Virus record (IMG/VR): IMGVR_UViG_3300033153_005229
Location: 1 to 63,343 of that record
Direction: 5' to 3' (one strand)
Length of the DNA stretch: 63,343 nt
From: a virus
Taxonomy: Duplodnaviria > Caudoviricetes
Shown here: positions 16,923 through 27,207 of the stretch, piece by piece
How the letters are laid out: the number at the start of each line of letters is the position of its first letter
Position numbering within the stretch: the first letter of the stretch is position 1
Translations under genes and position numbers: made by a program
The notes under the pieces: generated by a model
Database searches by the model: none
Seen by the model: only the letters and a program-made list of their open reading frames with translations
What the model was told of the DNA's origin: nothing

Positions 16923-18503
16923 CTACCATGAAACTATTTTTGGTTTGAATCCATCCCTAACATATATCTTCTTCCTGTAATCAGAATGGCGCTTTAATAA
17001 CCTATAACTAGTATCATAAAAATCATATACATCTACAGTGTTCTTATTTTCTGACCTCCGAAGGCCACGACCGAAGGTCTGAAGGATAGTATTCGGAGAT
17101 GACTCACCACAGGCTAAAACTAGAATATCAATACAGGGTATATCAATCCCCTCCTTATATATCATAGTCGCAATCAATTCTTTTATTTCACCAGATATAA
17201 ACTTGGACTTTACCTCATCCCTCCTTTCAGGTGTATCATCCCCATTTATATAAGTAGCCTCTGGACGTCTACTCTTTATGAATTCTCCATGTTCTTTCTT
17301 TATAACAATTGTAAGGATTGACTTACCTTTGTTTTTCTCATAAATATCTAAAAGGGGTTTTAACCTGTGGGAAGATGTCGAAACCCCTTTACTATAAACT
17401 AAACTATACAGCTTAGTCCTAGCATTCCTTACTAACCTTTCACAGTTCTCAGCCTTCAATATATTATTATCCTGTTCAGCCTCAGCCTTCTCTTGCAACA
17501 ACCATCTTATAGTATCAGATAATTTACTAACTTCTCTATCCTTATTTAATTTTGAACACTTGTACTTATACATTATTATATTGGGACTAGCTGAGTATTG
17601 GTTATCAACTAAAAACTTATTTGTAATCTTCTTATATAGAATCGGACCAGATAAACCTACTAAAGAAACATTCCTTATACTACCTGATTGAAAGGCTGTT
17701 CCTGACATTGCAAAAACTGAGTAAGGATTTGCTTTTTGTAATACCCAGCTCCATGAGGGAGCTGGCAAGTGATGGGCCTCATCAACAATGATACAATCAA
17801 ATGATTTTAATATATCACTAGTCTCTTTACTATCCTTACGAGCGTAAAAGGTTGTTATCATCCCAACAGTCACAGGAGTTATATTATCATTCTTCACGTT
17901 ATATATACCAATAGGAGTATTCAAATATTTGCCATACCAATTTACAACTTGACTAAGGATTTCATGACGATGGCATAGATACAACACAGACATTCTATCT
18001 TCTAGACCTCTACAAATAGCGGCACTTATTAAGCTCTTACCAGCGTTTGTCGCTGCATATACTATCCCCCTAAGGAATGGAATATCCTCTTTTACAAACT
18101 TACGAGTGACAGCATTAAAAGCAATCTCATACTGATAGTCCCTTAATTCCTTATCACCAATTACTGTTGGAATGTTATTGGCAAGACTCTCGGCCCAGTT
18201 ATCCTGAGTAAATATCTTCGGCACTCCCTTCCTCTCGTCTACCAATTCTGGTAATCCATAACTATTCTTTATAAAGTTATAAATTCGTGGAAGTAGACCA
18301 ATGGGAAAAGTATTTCCACTACTAAGGAAACAAACTTTACCATCCCACAACCCTTTCTTATATTTATAAGTATGAACTGACTCCGGGTCGAATAGGGACA
18401 TATATTCATGGAGTACCCTAATAACATCCTCCCTCGCTTCTATCTTCGCCCTATCTTTTCTTACGATTCTTATTCTTACGGGAGAGCTTCTTTCGGACTT
18501 CAT
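16923..18503 (-). CDS. SF2 DExH helicase (UvsW-like)
   Basis: LRDYQ, ATNAGKS, DEAHH, MSGT, EGIDIP, QTFGRGLR; start at ATG 18503 after GGAG. Confidence 0.92.
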   Translation of the reverse strand: MKSERSSPVRIRIVRKDRAKIEAREDVIRVLHEYMSLFDPESVHTYKYKKGLWDGKVCFLSSGNTFPIGLLPRIYNFIKNSYGLPELVDERKGVPKIFTQDNWAESLANNIPTVIGDKELRDYQYEIAFNAVTRKFVKEDIPFLRGIVYAATNAGKSLISAAICRGLEDRMSVLYLCHRHEILSQVVNWYGKYLNTPIGIYNVKNDNITPVTVGMITTFYARKDSKETSDILKSFDCIIVDEAHHLPAPSWSWVLQKANPYSVFAMSGTAFQSGSIRNVSLVGLSGPILYKKITNKFLVDNQYSASPNIIMYKYKCSKLNKDREVSKLSDTIRWLLQEKAEAEQDNNILKAENCERLVRNARTKLYSLVYSKGVSTSSHRLKPLLDIYEKNKGKSILTIVIKKEHGEFIKSRRPEATYINGDDTPERRDEVKSKFISGEIKELIATMIYKEGIDIPCIDILVLACGESSPNTILQTFGRGLRRSENKNTVDVYDFYDTSYRLLKRHSDYRKKIYVRDGFKPKIVSW

Positions 18504-19347
18504 CCCAATACTCCTTATCTGAGTCTGAATCCAATTCATCTGGCTCCATCTTAACCATTCCCTGCTGAAGTCGGTCAATTGCTTTATCAGTAACTAGATT
18601 ACTTATCCTTGGAAATGTATCAAACGCCTTAAAAGCTTCAAACTGTATATCAAAAAATTGTTTTATACTAACATGATTATCCCTCATTATCTTATCAATC
18701 TCCTCAACAAAAACATGTTGAGGTGAACCTGGAAGAAGCTTTGTACTGTAGGGTCGTTTAGTTATTTTAATTCTCCTCCGAGTGTAAGCCTTAAATATTT
18801 TCTTCTGTCGAGGTGTTACCGTTGATGTACTTTGTCTTATTAAAGAATCCATCAACTCATCTATATTATATAATATAGAATTTAGAAAAGCCGATTTCTT
18901 ACCCATCTTCCTTGCGAGTCCTTCTGATTCATTAAATAATTTCACCGCAAGAGTTGCTATATCTGAATTCATCTCAGTCGCATATCTTTCCAAGATTCTC
19001 TTTATCTGAACCAAAGTAACCCATTGACGGTTATCATTCATTATTCTATTATGACCAAAACGATTCTTTCCACGCTGATGATTAAACCATATTAATGAAA
19101 GTTGCCTGGTCATATCTGGTGTATCATCATAATGCCTACTGTTTGGATTTAAAATAGATTTAAGACTTGGTTGTCGAACGCGACTGCGTTCGGATGAACT
19201 GCCGGAGGCAGTAAATCTCCTTGATGGTATTCCAGCTTTGGCTATCCTAATAAATGCCCTTACGGCTATTTTTGAATCAACTCCTAGTTCAACAATTTGT
19301 TTTCTAAAATTATTTAGGTCAATTTTTATTGTTGGATTCTTTTTCAT
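18451..19347 (-). CDS. Hypothetical basic protein, possibly replication-associated
   Basis: ATG 19347 downstream of the 23-mer/SD element; divergent from DnaB. Confidence 0.6.
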   Translation of the reverse strand: MKKNPTIKIDLNNFRKQIVELGVDSKIAVRAFIRIAKAGIPSRRFTASGSSSERSRVRQPSLKSILNPNSRHYDDTPDMTRQLSLIWFNHQRGKNRFGHNRIMNDNRQWVTLVQIKRILERYATEMNSDIATLAVKLFNESEGLARKMGKKSAFLNSILYNIDELMDSLIRQSTSTVTPRQKKIFKAYTRRRIKITKRPYSTKLLPGSPQHVFVEEIDKIMRDNHVSIKQFFDIQFEAFKAFDTFPRISNLVTDKAIDRLQQGMVKMEPDELDSDSDKEYWDEVRKKLSRKNKNRKKR

Positions 19348-19353
19348 TTTTGT

Positions 19354-19376
19354 TCCTTTCACTATTATTAAATGCT
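19354..19376 (-). promoter_or_regulatory. Putative phage promoter/RBS element (copy 2)
   Basis: Identical to 5158-5180. Confidence 0.65.
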
Positions 19377-19538
19377 ATTTTGAAAATTACCCAGATAAAA
19401 ATGCGGATGACTTTTAATCCGCTTATAGTATTACAGAGTAATACCGCGCGCGCGTACGAGCGAGAAAAGCTCTACACTATTATAAATATTAGATTGCATT
19501 ATATATTTATACTAACGACGAGTAGGAAAGGAACCCAG
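19377..19538. other. Candidate replication origin / divergent control region
   Basis: Strand switch; GCGGAT-N8-ATCCGC hairpin (19403-19422); (CG)5 run at 19445-19454; AT-rich flank; next to helicase and primase. Confidence 0.4.
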
Positions 19539-20852
19539 ATGGATAGGTACACTTTTGGAAATGATTTCCAAGAAATGATTTTATCATATATATTAAATAA
19601 CCATGAAGTAATAACTGGCCTTAGGTCCGTAGTAAAACCTAATTATTTCTCATTACCAGTCCACAGAGACCTTTGTAAAATGGTAATGGAATTTATTGGT
19701 AGGTACAAGTCATCTCCAAACAAGAAGGAGTTGATAGAACTAATAAAAGACAAATATGTCGAGAAGAAAAACACCAAGGAGATGATTCAGGTAGCAAAAG
19801 AATTATATGCCATAAAACTAAAGAATATAAAATATATCAAGGACCAGATAATAGGATTTGCTCAGTTCAGTTCCATGAAAGAAGCTATAGTAGATAGCTC
19901 AGAGTTGGTCGGTAGTTATGAAAATCATATACAGATAAAGAAACGTATATCAGAAGCACTAAAGGTTGGTATGGACTCTAAAAAATCAGGGTCCTTTTTA
20001 TTTGAGGGGGCAACTGACCGCATCCTCGATAGGGAGTTAAAAGGAATAGACCATAACCGCGTAACCACAGGACTAAAAGAATTGGACAGACAAATGGGTG
20101 GTGGTTTAGATATTGGTGAACTGGGTGTAATCCTAGCACCGCCTAAGGGATTTAAGACTGGAATTCTAACCAACCTCGGTGTTGCCGCGATGGGACACCA
20201 GAAGAGGGTAGTTCACTTTACCCTTGAGGTATCTGAAACAAACCAGATGTTAAGGTATGAACGAAGAATTGCTGGGCTCAACAAACGAGAAATAATATCT
20301 AACTCCAAAAGACTCGAATCCAGGTTAGAGATGATGGAAAAACTCGGTGGTGGTTTGGTCGTTAAGGGATTTCCAATAAAATCTGTTACGGTAGGACATC
20401 TAAACGAACATCTAGACTTCCTAGAAACTGAGGGATTTAAAGCGGACGTCGTAATCGTTGACTATGGTGATATTGTAAAGCCTTCTTCCAGTGGGGAGAA
20501 ACGTAATCAGATAGCAGATATATACATGGACTTAAGGGCCTTAGGCCAAGAAAGGAAGGTTAGAGTTTGGACCGCTTCTCAAGCCAATAGGAAAGCAACT
20601 GGAAAGAGAGTTATAAGAAAAGACGATATAGCTGAGGCATTCGAGAAGGTGGCCATCGCCGATTGTGTAATTGCTCATTGCCAAACCAAAGAGGAACGTC
20701 TCCTAGAAATACCACAAGCGCGTTTATTTATGGCAGCAAATCGAGAAGGTGAAGAGGGTGGTATCACTTATATCCAAATCGACTATAATAAAATGATGAT
20801 TAGAGAAATGAAGAAAAATAAACGTTCCAAGGAAAGGGGTAATTATGTATAA
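19539..20852 (+). CDS. dnaB: Replicative DnaB-like helicase
   Basis: TTGLKELD...GGLDIGELGVILAPPKGFKT, HFTLE, VIVDYGD, WTASQANR, IAEAFEKVAIAD; start moved to ATG 19539 after AGGAAAGGA. Confidence 0.93.
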   Translation: MDRYTFGNDFQEMILSYILNNHEVITGLRSVVKPNYFSLPVHRDLCKMVMEFIGRYKSSPNKKELIELIKDKYVEKKNTKEMIQVAKELYAIKLKNIKYIKDQIIGFAQFSSMKEAIVDSSELVGSYENHIQIKKRISEALKVGMDSKKSGSFLFEGATDRILDRELKGIDHNRVTTGLKELDRQMGGGLDIGELGVILAPPKGFKTGILTNLGVAAMGHQKRVVHFTLEVSETNQMLRYERRIAGLNKREIISNSKRLESRLEMMEKLGGGLVVKGFPIKSVTVGHLNEHLDFLETEGFKADVVIVDYGDIVKPSSSGEKRNQIADIYMDLRALGQERKVRVWTASQANRKATGKRVIRKDDIAEAFEKVAIADCVIAHCQTKEERLLEIPQARLFMAANREGEEGGITYIQIDYNKMMIREMKKNKRSKERGNYV

Positions 20853-21039
20853 TCCTTTCCTTCCCATATTTTATACCTCGGATGACTTAGGTGATTTCCT
20901 TCTCGGAAAACAAGACTTCTATCTCGGAAAGCCTTTTTTAAAAAGGGCCCTTTTAAGATTAGAAGGTCCAATTTTAATTCCAGCTTATTTATATTATTAT
21001 AATCTTGGTTGGTTGGATTCATTTTATGAGCAAAATTGA
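20845..21039 (+). CDS. Small hypothetical protein
   Basis: Fills the gap and overlaps both DnaB and primase; purine-rich SD. Confidence 0.5.
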   Translation: MYNPFLPIFYTSDDLGDFLLGKQDFYLGKPFLKRALLRLEGPILIPAYLYYYNLGWLDSFYEQN

Positions 21040-21970
21040 TATATCAGGATATCTCGTCAATCGGTTTGGTGCTGTGTACCGGAACGAGAACTGGCGAATG
21101 AATTGTCCCTTCTGTTCTGATAATCAAGAAAGACTCGGTATCAGTATCGAGAAGTCGGTTGCTCACTGCTTCAAGTGTGGTTATACCTCAAGTGCTGTTA
21201 ATTTCGTAAAACAAGCCGAAGACGTAAGTTTATCAGAAGCGTATAAAATTATCTACGAATACGCTAAAATAACACCAAAAAGTATATATAGAGCGGAGCC
21301 TACCCGTCGTAGATTAAAGCCAAAGCTCCAGAGCTATGTACCACTCCGGAAAAGCACTCGCCCGTTCACTACGGAGTCTCTAGCCAGAAAGTATCTCATG
21401 ACTAATCGTAGGATGACTTCTCGGGAAATAAAGCTCTGGCAGATAGGTCTATCCAATGATAAAGCTTATCTTGGACGAGTGATTATACCGTTCATAGAAA
21501 ATAAGAAATGGCGATACTTTACGGCTCGTAAGTTTCTGGGTGGCGGACCAAAATACCTGAATCCCCCGAAGGGCATGTTTGAGGATGGTAAATCAGACCT
21601 ATTATATAATATATCCATCGCATCTAAGTATGATGAAGTAATAATAGTAGAAGGAGTATTTGATGTATTCGCTACGGGATTTAATGCTGTTGCAATATCT
21701 GGTAAAAACCTATCCGATGTTCAATTCTCTAAATTAATTTTATCAGGATTTAAAAAAGCGACGATTATGTTAGACTCAGACGCTAAAGAAGAAGCCTATG
21801 AAATGGCCTCAAGGATTGATGAGATAATACCAACTAATATAATAAACATAAAAAAGGGGGACCCGGCTAGTAACCGAGACCCCCTAGGAGGTAACATCCA
21901 TAAAGGACGCCCAGAGAGATTTAAGCTTTCCTCATACCTCCGAAAGAAAATCGGGAAATTCCGGCGTTAG
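21026..21970 (+). CDS. dnaG: DNA primase (Zn finger + TOPRIM)
   Basis: CPFC...HCFKC; GRVIIP; KYLNPP; VEGVFD; MLDSDA. Confidence 0.92.
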   Translation: MSKIDISGYLVNRFGAVYRNENWRMNCPFCSDNQERLGISIEKSVAHCFKCGYTSSAVNFVKQAEDVSLSEAYKIIYEYAKITPKSIYRAEPTRRRLKPKLQSYVPLRKSTRPFTTESLARKYLMTNRRMTSREIKLWQIGLSNDKAYLGRVIIPFIENKKWRYFTARKFLGGGPKYLNPPKGMFEDGKSDLLYNISIASKYDEVIIVEGVFDVFATGFNAVAISGKNLSDVQFSKLILSGFKKATIMLDSDAKEEAYEMASRIDEIIPTNIINIKKGDPASNRDPLGGNIHKGRPERFKLSSYLRKKIGKFRR

Positions 21971-22302
21971 TCTTCCTGATAATATCCATCGATTTTCAAT
22001 TTGTTCTTACCAAGAATATCAATAATGCCTTTAATATAATCAAAAACAAGTTCTTCCTTATCTGGTGGAAGGTCTTTGATTACATCCAAAGCCCCGGCAT
22101 CAATACCGGTTCGTAAATCCAACTCTTCAAGGGCTTCTTCGAGTTTTTGGACATTCGGTATCTTGCCAAATGTTATTGCATCCATGATGGCTTTCGGTAG
22201 AGTGGTTATAACACTCATAATAATCTCTGAAAAGGGCGCCTTGTCCTTTACCAGTTTTACGGTCGAGATAATCAGACCGAGTGCAGATGTTAATAGTGAC
22301 AT
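21967..22302 (-). CDS. Hypothetical protein (end of late operon, possibly lysis-associated)
   Basis: SD GGAGG; follows the endolysin; amphipathic N-terminus. Confidence 0.55.
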   Translation of the reverse strand: MSLLTSALGLIISTVKLVKDKAPFSEIIMSVITTLPKAIMDAITFGKIPNVQKLEEALEELDLRTGIDAGALDVIKDLPPDKEELVFDYIKGIIDILGKNKLKIDGYYQED

Positions 22303-22335
22303 GGGGGAACCTCCTAAGGTTTTATCCGTTAACGA

Positions 22336-22833
22336 CTAAATACTTCCCTTTGCAAAACCTATCGCTTGTTCAAGGTTAGTAAAGGAAGTATATTTATCAT
22401 CTATCCTTACCCAATATGGAATCCCCCCATATTTACTTTGCCAATCAAGATTGGCTAGGTCTAAATGGAGAAATCCACTCTGTGGATATAACCCAATACG
22501 AGTAAAGTAATTAGTGGCTATCCGAGCCACATATATTTGTGTATCTAAATCACCTGTTGCCATATCAATAGCAAACCCAAATTCATGCGGTGAGTTTCTC
22601 ATACTATCACGAAAACCTGAAGTCAAGAATCCCATAACATAACTGGAACCTTGTTCTTTATAAGTCCCACCGGCAAATGGTGGAATACCTATGGCCATAC
22701 ACAGTTGCTTATAGTTTGTAAGAACAGGATAAGATGTTTTCCATACCGTTATTAAATCTGCGTCAGGTTCAGGGATAATCCGCTTTACCCCCATCTTCGA
22801 TAGGTTCTGTGGAAGGAGTATTATATTATCCAT
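22336..22833 (-). CDS. Peptidase M15-family endolysin
   Basis: TSGFR...SPHEFGFAIDM...RIGLYPQSGFLHLDL Zn-peptidase motifs. Confidence 0.8.
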   Translation of the reverse strand: MDNIILLPQNLSKMGVKRIIPEPDADLITVWKTSYPVLTNYKQLCMAIGIPPFAGGTYKEQGSSYVMGFLTSGFRDSMRNSPHEFGFAIDMATGDLDTQIYVARIATNYFTRIGLYPQSGFLHLDLANLDWQSKYGGIPYWVRIDDKYTSFTNLEQAIGFAKGSI

Positions 22834-23846
22834 TAGGTTATCCTTGCTCTCTGGGACCTACTTACCTCAATCCATACCGAGCCATCAAATACTAGGGTAA
22901 TTGAATCATATTGAGATAATATGTTATATGGGGAATCATCACCACTTACTGATATAAGTCTTAATCCAGAACCTGAAACAGAGGTTTCATCATTTAAGTT
23001 GAGCGTATAAGTACCATCAATATTTATAATGGTTACCATCTGACCGGCATTTATTCCGGTAGTTTGAACATTAGGTGTCCCAGTTACTGAGGTACTTGCA
23101 GTAGGAGATACCTTCATTATTCGAGCTGTAACATTAACCGTCCCACCAACTGGATTAAATGATGAATGTTCACCAACTGAATTCTGAAGAACGGAGGTCC
23201 CATCAAGTTCTACGTTATCCTTCAATACAATTCCATTAGAAGAATCACACTCAATAAAGCCATCAACGATAAAGTCTTTTCCATTACTATATATATGATT
23301 AGCAATACTATGTGATATGTTACTCACAACTCCGCTAGAAATTGTAAAGGTTGCAAGAGTTATAAAAAAGTGACCGGTTCCAGGTGTCTGAACAGAATTA
23401 GCTACCGCTAATGAAAAGGTAAGCCTCATATCAACACAAGTTTCTTCACCTATATCCGGATTTACTATATCGGAATCACTAGTTACATCAACTTCTCTTT
23501 CATGGATGTCGATATATAGAACGCGCCCCGAACCGTCCGACAACCCGGATGTATCTATAGTAGTAGCCGCTTCCTGTCGCAATATTACGGCCTCATCGGA
23601 AACTCTACATATCACAGCTGTTCCGGCACTTACATCAATCTCGTCTACTGTATCATAAGAAACAGCAAACCCATTTATCCTTCGACTTACACCACCAACC
23701 ATAGCCGCAAGTGTCTGTCTATCGATTAATTCAAGAACCTGGGCTTGCTCGTTCAAATCAGCATCTGCCAAGAAGGTCCCTTTCTGGAATATCTTTCTTT
23801 GGACCCCTTTGGATTCTAAAAACTGGTCTCTGGTTACAATTGCCAT
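22833..23846 (-). CDS. Tail fibre / baseplate-attached protein
   Basis: N-terminal IFQKGTFLADADLNEQ resembles the fibre-anchor motif of CIS/myovirus proteins; C-terminal GQMVTIIN...ITLVFDGSVWIEVSR fibre-like. Confidence 0.65.
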   Translation of the reverse strand: MAIVTRDQFLESKGVQRKIFQKGTFLADADLNEQAQVLELIDRQTLAAMVGGVSRRINGFAVSYDTVDEIDVSAGTAVICRVSDEAVILRQEAATTIDTSGLSDGSGRVLYIDIHEREVDVTSDSDIVNPDIGEETCVDMRLTFSLAVANSVQTPGTGHFFITLATFTISSGVVSNISHSIANHIYSNGKDFIVDGFIECDSSNGIVLKDNVELDGTSVLQNSVGEHSSFNPVGGTVNVTARIMKVSPTASTSVTGTPNVQTTGINAGQMVTIINIDGTYTLNLNDETSVSGSGLRLISVSGDDSPYNILSQYDSITLVFDGSVWIEVSRSQRARIT

Positions 23847-23856
23847 ATTAGTTACC

Positions 23857-25695
23857 TCAAGTTATAGAAGCGGTTACTCCAAACGGTATATACCTATCAA
23901 CAATTCTTTTTAAATAGTCCGTCTTAGCTGTTACAAACTGAGGAGTCCCACTAATATTAACAGTTAAATTTCTATCATCATTCGATGGGTCAAATATCTG
24001 AGGGGCTTTTCCCTTATCATAATCATAAGAATTAAAATCATCAAAATCAACCGTTAATCCTCGATTACAGAATAAACCCACTCCACTTCCAGACCATTGT
24101 TTTGGTAGTCCATTAGAGAATGTATGCCCATCAATACCAAATGATTCAATAATGACGCCCTTATCTCCAACACCAGTAAATACACTCTGAAACCATAAGG
24201 TATGTTCGCCCGACTGCCAGTCAACAATTGAAGATATATCACCAGTCCTACCATACCATTGGTCTCCCAACCCAGATGAAGCCCTCCATATTCCTAATTT
24301 TTGAACTCCTGATTCATCTGTAAGTTTAAGCATCCCATAATTACTACTATCGGTCCATCCAAGTATTATACCTATTTCATCATTAGCTGCCGTTCCAGAT
24401 ATTACCTCAAACTTTACACTAACAAAATCCCGGATATTTCCTTGATTGGTAAGAATGTGATTTGTAGCATCATCCGAACCATTTCCAGTTGCTCTTAATT
24501 TACCAGAATTAATTCTCCACCACGAACCTAAATTAGCAGGTTGATTCCATTGAGCCATAAAACTAGAGAAATCATCAAATATTTCGTTTGATGTATCTTT
24601 AAGTAACTCCCTACTCCATATCCTGTGATTACTAGATGAAATATAATTTACATAGAAGCCTATGTCTTCGGTAAACACAACTGTGAATCCTAGAAGTGTT
24701 ATTATCTTTTCAAGAGCAGCTCGCGTTCCTTTTCTTTCATATATCCAAACTATCCACTTAAGAAAATTACGACGTTCTCTTTCAGTTGCAAATGGAATGT
24801 CAATAAGCTCGAATCCAAAACAGGACGCAACATGGGATATAAATTTTTCAGGGCACTCATCCCAAGTAAGTAACTTAGATAAATCATCAACAACATTCAT
24901 CATCCCACGATATTCTGTGTTAAAGGGAATTAAAAATTTAGACAGGTCAGCATTGTCTTGATTTATGCGAGGAAGGAATTTTATAAGGAAATCTTCTTCA
25001 TAGGATGAAACCTCCACAAACTTACCAGTATATCTATTTAAAATCTCAGCTGATGTTAACACAGACTGATTAATATTTAATTCATCTATTTCTACAGGTA
25101 ATCCCTCTCCTAATATAAAATCTGAGGATGAACCTATATTACCGGTAACAGAAGATATGTCTACTGGACTCATTATAGTTTGTTCTGTTCCATCTATGTA
25201 TAAGCGAAGTTCGTCGTTTTCTCTGTCGACAGTAACAACTAGATAATGCCAATTACCATCTCTTATATCCCCAGTTGCATTATCAGCCATAATAGTCCCG
25301 CTGTTACCAGCATCATCATCAATATGAAATAAAGGTCGCCCGGTAGTAGTAAAATAAGTAAGAAACCAGCCGTCTGTAGAGTCATACTTTTTGATTAAAA
25401 ATTGATTTTGTACACCTCCAGTTGTTCTAAATATCAACTCAACGGAAAAACTATTTGTAGCCATATTAAAATCAGTAGCAGAAGCCTGAGGGATTAAGAG
25501 TGTTGGGGAGGTATCAATATCTATAGTCGTAAGTCCATCCTCAGTATATCCATTATTAAAATCATTTACAGATATACCTGTTCCATAGGATAGGTCATTC
25601 CCATTAGGAGATTCATCTGTCAAATTTCCTTTAAACTTCCAATGGGCAATACAATCCTTACGAGTTGGTAATGTAAATTGTAGTGACTTCTTCAT
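23857..25695 (-). CDS. Baseplate wedge protein (P2 gpI-like) with LamG/ConA-like domains
   Basis: N-terminal LamG (AHWKF, FSVE, DGNWHYLVVT, LYIDG, IDEL); central CPEKFISHVASCFG...IYERKGTRAALE; C-terminal IVDRYIPFG. Confidence 0.75.
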   Translation of the reverse strand: MKKSLQFTLPTRKDCIAHWKFKGNLTDESPNGNDLSYGTGISVNDFNNGYTEDGLTTIDIDTSPTLLIPQASATDFNMATNSFSVELIFRTTGGVQNQFLIKKYDSTDGWFLTYFTTTGRPLFHIDDDAGNSGTIMADNATGDIRDGNWHYLVVTVDRENDELRLYIDGTEQTIMSPVDISSVTGNIGSSSDFILGEGLPVEIDELNINQSVLTSAEILNRYTGKFVEVSSYEEDFLIKFLPRINQDNADLSKFLIPFNTEYRGMMNVVDDLSKLLTWDECPEKFISHVASCFGFELIDIPFATERERRNFLKWIVWIYERKGTRAALEKIITLLGFTVVFTEDIGFYVNYISSSNHRIWSRELLKDTSNEIFDDFSSFMAQWNQPANLGSWWRINSGKLRATGNGSDDATNHILTNQGNIRDFVSVKFEVISGTAANDEIGIILGWTDSSNYGMLKLTDESGVQKLGIWRASSGLGDQWYGRTGDISSIVDWQSGEHTLWFQSVFTGVGDKGVIIESFGIDGHTFSNGLPKQWSGSGVGLFCNRGLTVDFDDFNSYDYDKGKAPQIFDPSNDDRNLTVNISGTPQFVTAKTDYLKRIVDRYIPFGVTASIT

Positions 25696-25698
25696 TTT

Positions 25699-27204
25699 TT
25701 ATTCACCATAATTAAAGTATGACACATCCCCATCCCCAGTTTGGATAGTAAGAGAAATGGTTCCTGGAGTAGCTATCGCATAATCATTTATAGTAATATT
25801 TTCCGCTGGTAATGAAATATTTACATACTTAACCCCAACAGCAGAATCTATCGCTGAATATAAGTCAGATAGATTTATATTCTGTCCAAAATCATGTGGA
25901 TATAGTCCTGTTTCTGGGTCTTGATATGTAGGTGACATTAGTTTATATATTGCATCCACAACAGAAGCACCAACCTGGTTTGAGGAATATCCAGGAAGAG
26001 CATATATGGTAGCTGTAATATTAACAGATATATAATTTGGATTTGATACAGTTACAGTTGTACATATCATTCTCCTTGCATCTATATAACTTTGAAGCTC
26101 TGTAACCAAACCTGATGATGGGTTACCTCCTGCTCGGGGAACAATCATAAGTGTTGACTTTAATGTACCAATCTCATAGGCCTTTGCTTTAGCAATACCA
26201 CCATGGGTAGTCGATACGTAAGACTCAGCTAAAGCCTCTGCATCGGCGGTTGTCACTATCCTATTAAGTGCTTTGATATTAGCAGGGCCAAATATACGGG
26301 CATGGTCAAGGGTTTCTCTATTCGTTCCACCCGAAGCGGCAGAAATATTAGTCACCGACTCTACATAGGATATTGCTGACACTAGGGAATTAATAGCACC
26401 AGCTCCAACGTTACCAACAATTCCACCACCCTTACGGTAAGATACACGAATGTTATTTGTCCCTCTTACAGGTATCTTCCCGTTTGTACCATTACCGAAG
26501 TGTATATAATAGTATCCATCTTCATCTACCTTAACAAGATAATGTTTATCATCCCCATCACTAGCAGAGAAATCATCCTGTCTAGTCCACTCAACCCAAC
26601 CTGAACCCTCATTGACCTCCAAGGTTTCTGATTGCCAAACAACAGGGAACTGGTCTAGTATAAATGACTGACCAGTTGTACCATTAGAGGAACCTAGCAC
26701 CTCATTAGGTATAGATATCCCTTCAACACAGGTTCCACTTATAGATGTAACTCCAGTCCCAACTACAATATCAGCACTAGTCTCAAATATGATTGGGTCT
26801 TCACCGGTAGTCCCCTCAGTAGTTACTTGTGTTCCCTTTGGTATTGTAAAACCAGGATGACCAGAGGAACATGTAAATGTAATGGTTACAGATGCAGCTC
26901 CAGCTTCTGACATCTGATAGTTTATAAGTTCACAAAGGGCTCGCATGCTCTCCCTATCGGTAGCCGTTCCTATATATGAGTTTTTAGATACACGATTAAT
27001 ATTATCAGCTAACCACTTCTCTAATACAGCAAATAGCCAGAGAAGATGAATCCCAAAATCACTTGTCGACTCATCAGTCCATTCTGGACAGTTTGCTCGC
27101 TTTAGCTCCAATAAAGCCTCAAATAAATCATCGAGTCCAATCTCTAAATTAGTTATAGACTGAATTGGAAGTTTACGAATACTGTCTCTTACGATAACGG
27201 CCAT
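25699..27204 (-). CDS. Baseplate J-like wedge protein (eCIS-type)
   Basis: PEWTDESTSDFGI, LGSSNGTTGQSF, IHFGNGTNGKIP, YRKGGGIVGNVGAGAI, ASGGTNRET, RIVTTADAE. Confidence 0.9.
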   Translation of the reverse strand: MAVIVRDSIRKLPIQSITNLEIGLDDLFEALLELKRANCPEWTDESTSDFGIHLLWLFAVLEKWLADNINRVSKNSYIGTATDRESMRALCELINYQMSEAGAASVTITFTCSSGHPGFTIPKGTQVTTEGTTGEDPIIFETSADIVVGTGVTSISGTCVEGISIPNEVLGSSNGTTGQSFILDQFPVVWQSETLEVNEGSGWVEWTRQDDFSASDGDDKHYLVKVDEDGYYYIHFGNGTNGKIPVRGTNNIRVSYRKGGGIVGNVGAGAINSLVSAISYVESVTNISAASGGTNRETLDHARIFGPANIKALNRIVTTADAEALAESYVSTTHGGIAKAKAYEIGTLKSTLMIVPRAGGNPSSGLVTELQSYIDARRMICTTVTVSNPNYISVNITATIYALPGYSSNQVGASVVDAIYKLMSPTYQDPETGLYPHDFGQNINLSDLYSAIDSAVGVKYVNISLPAENITINDYAIATPGTISLTIQTGDGDVSYFNYGE

Positions 27205-27207
27205 ATA

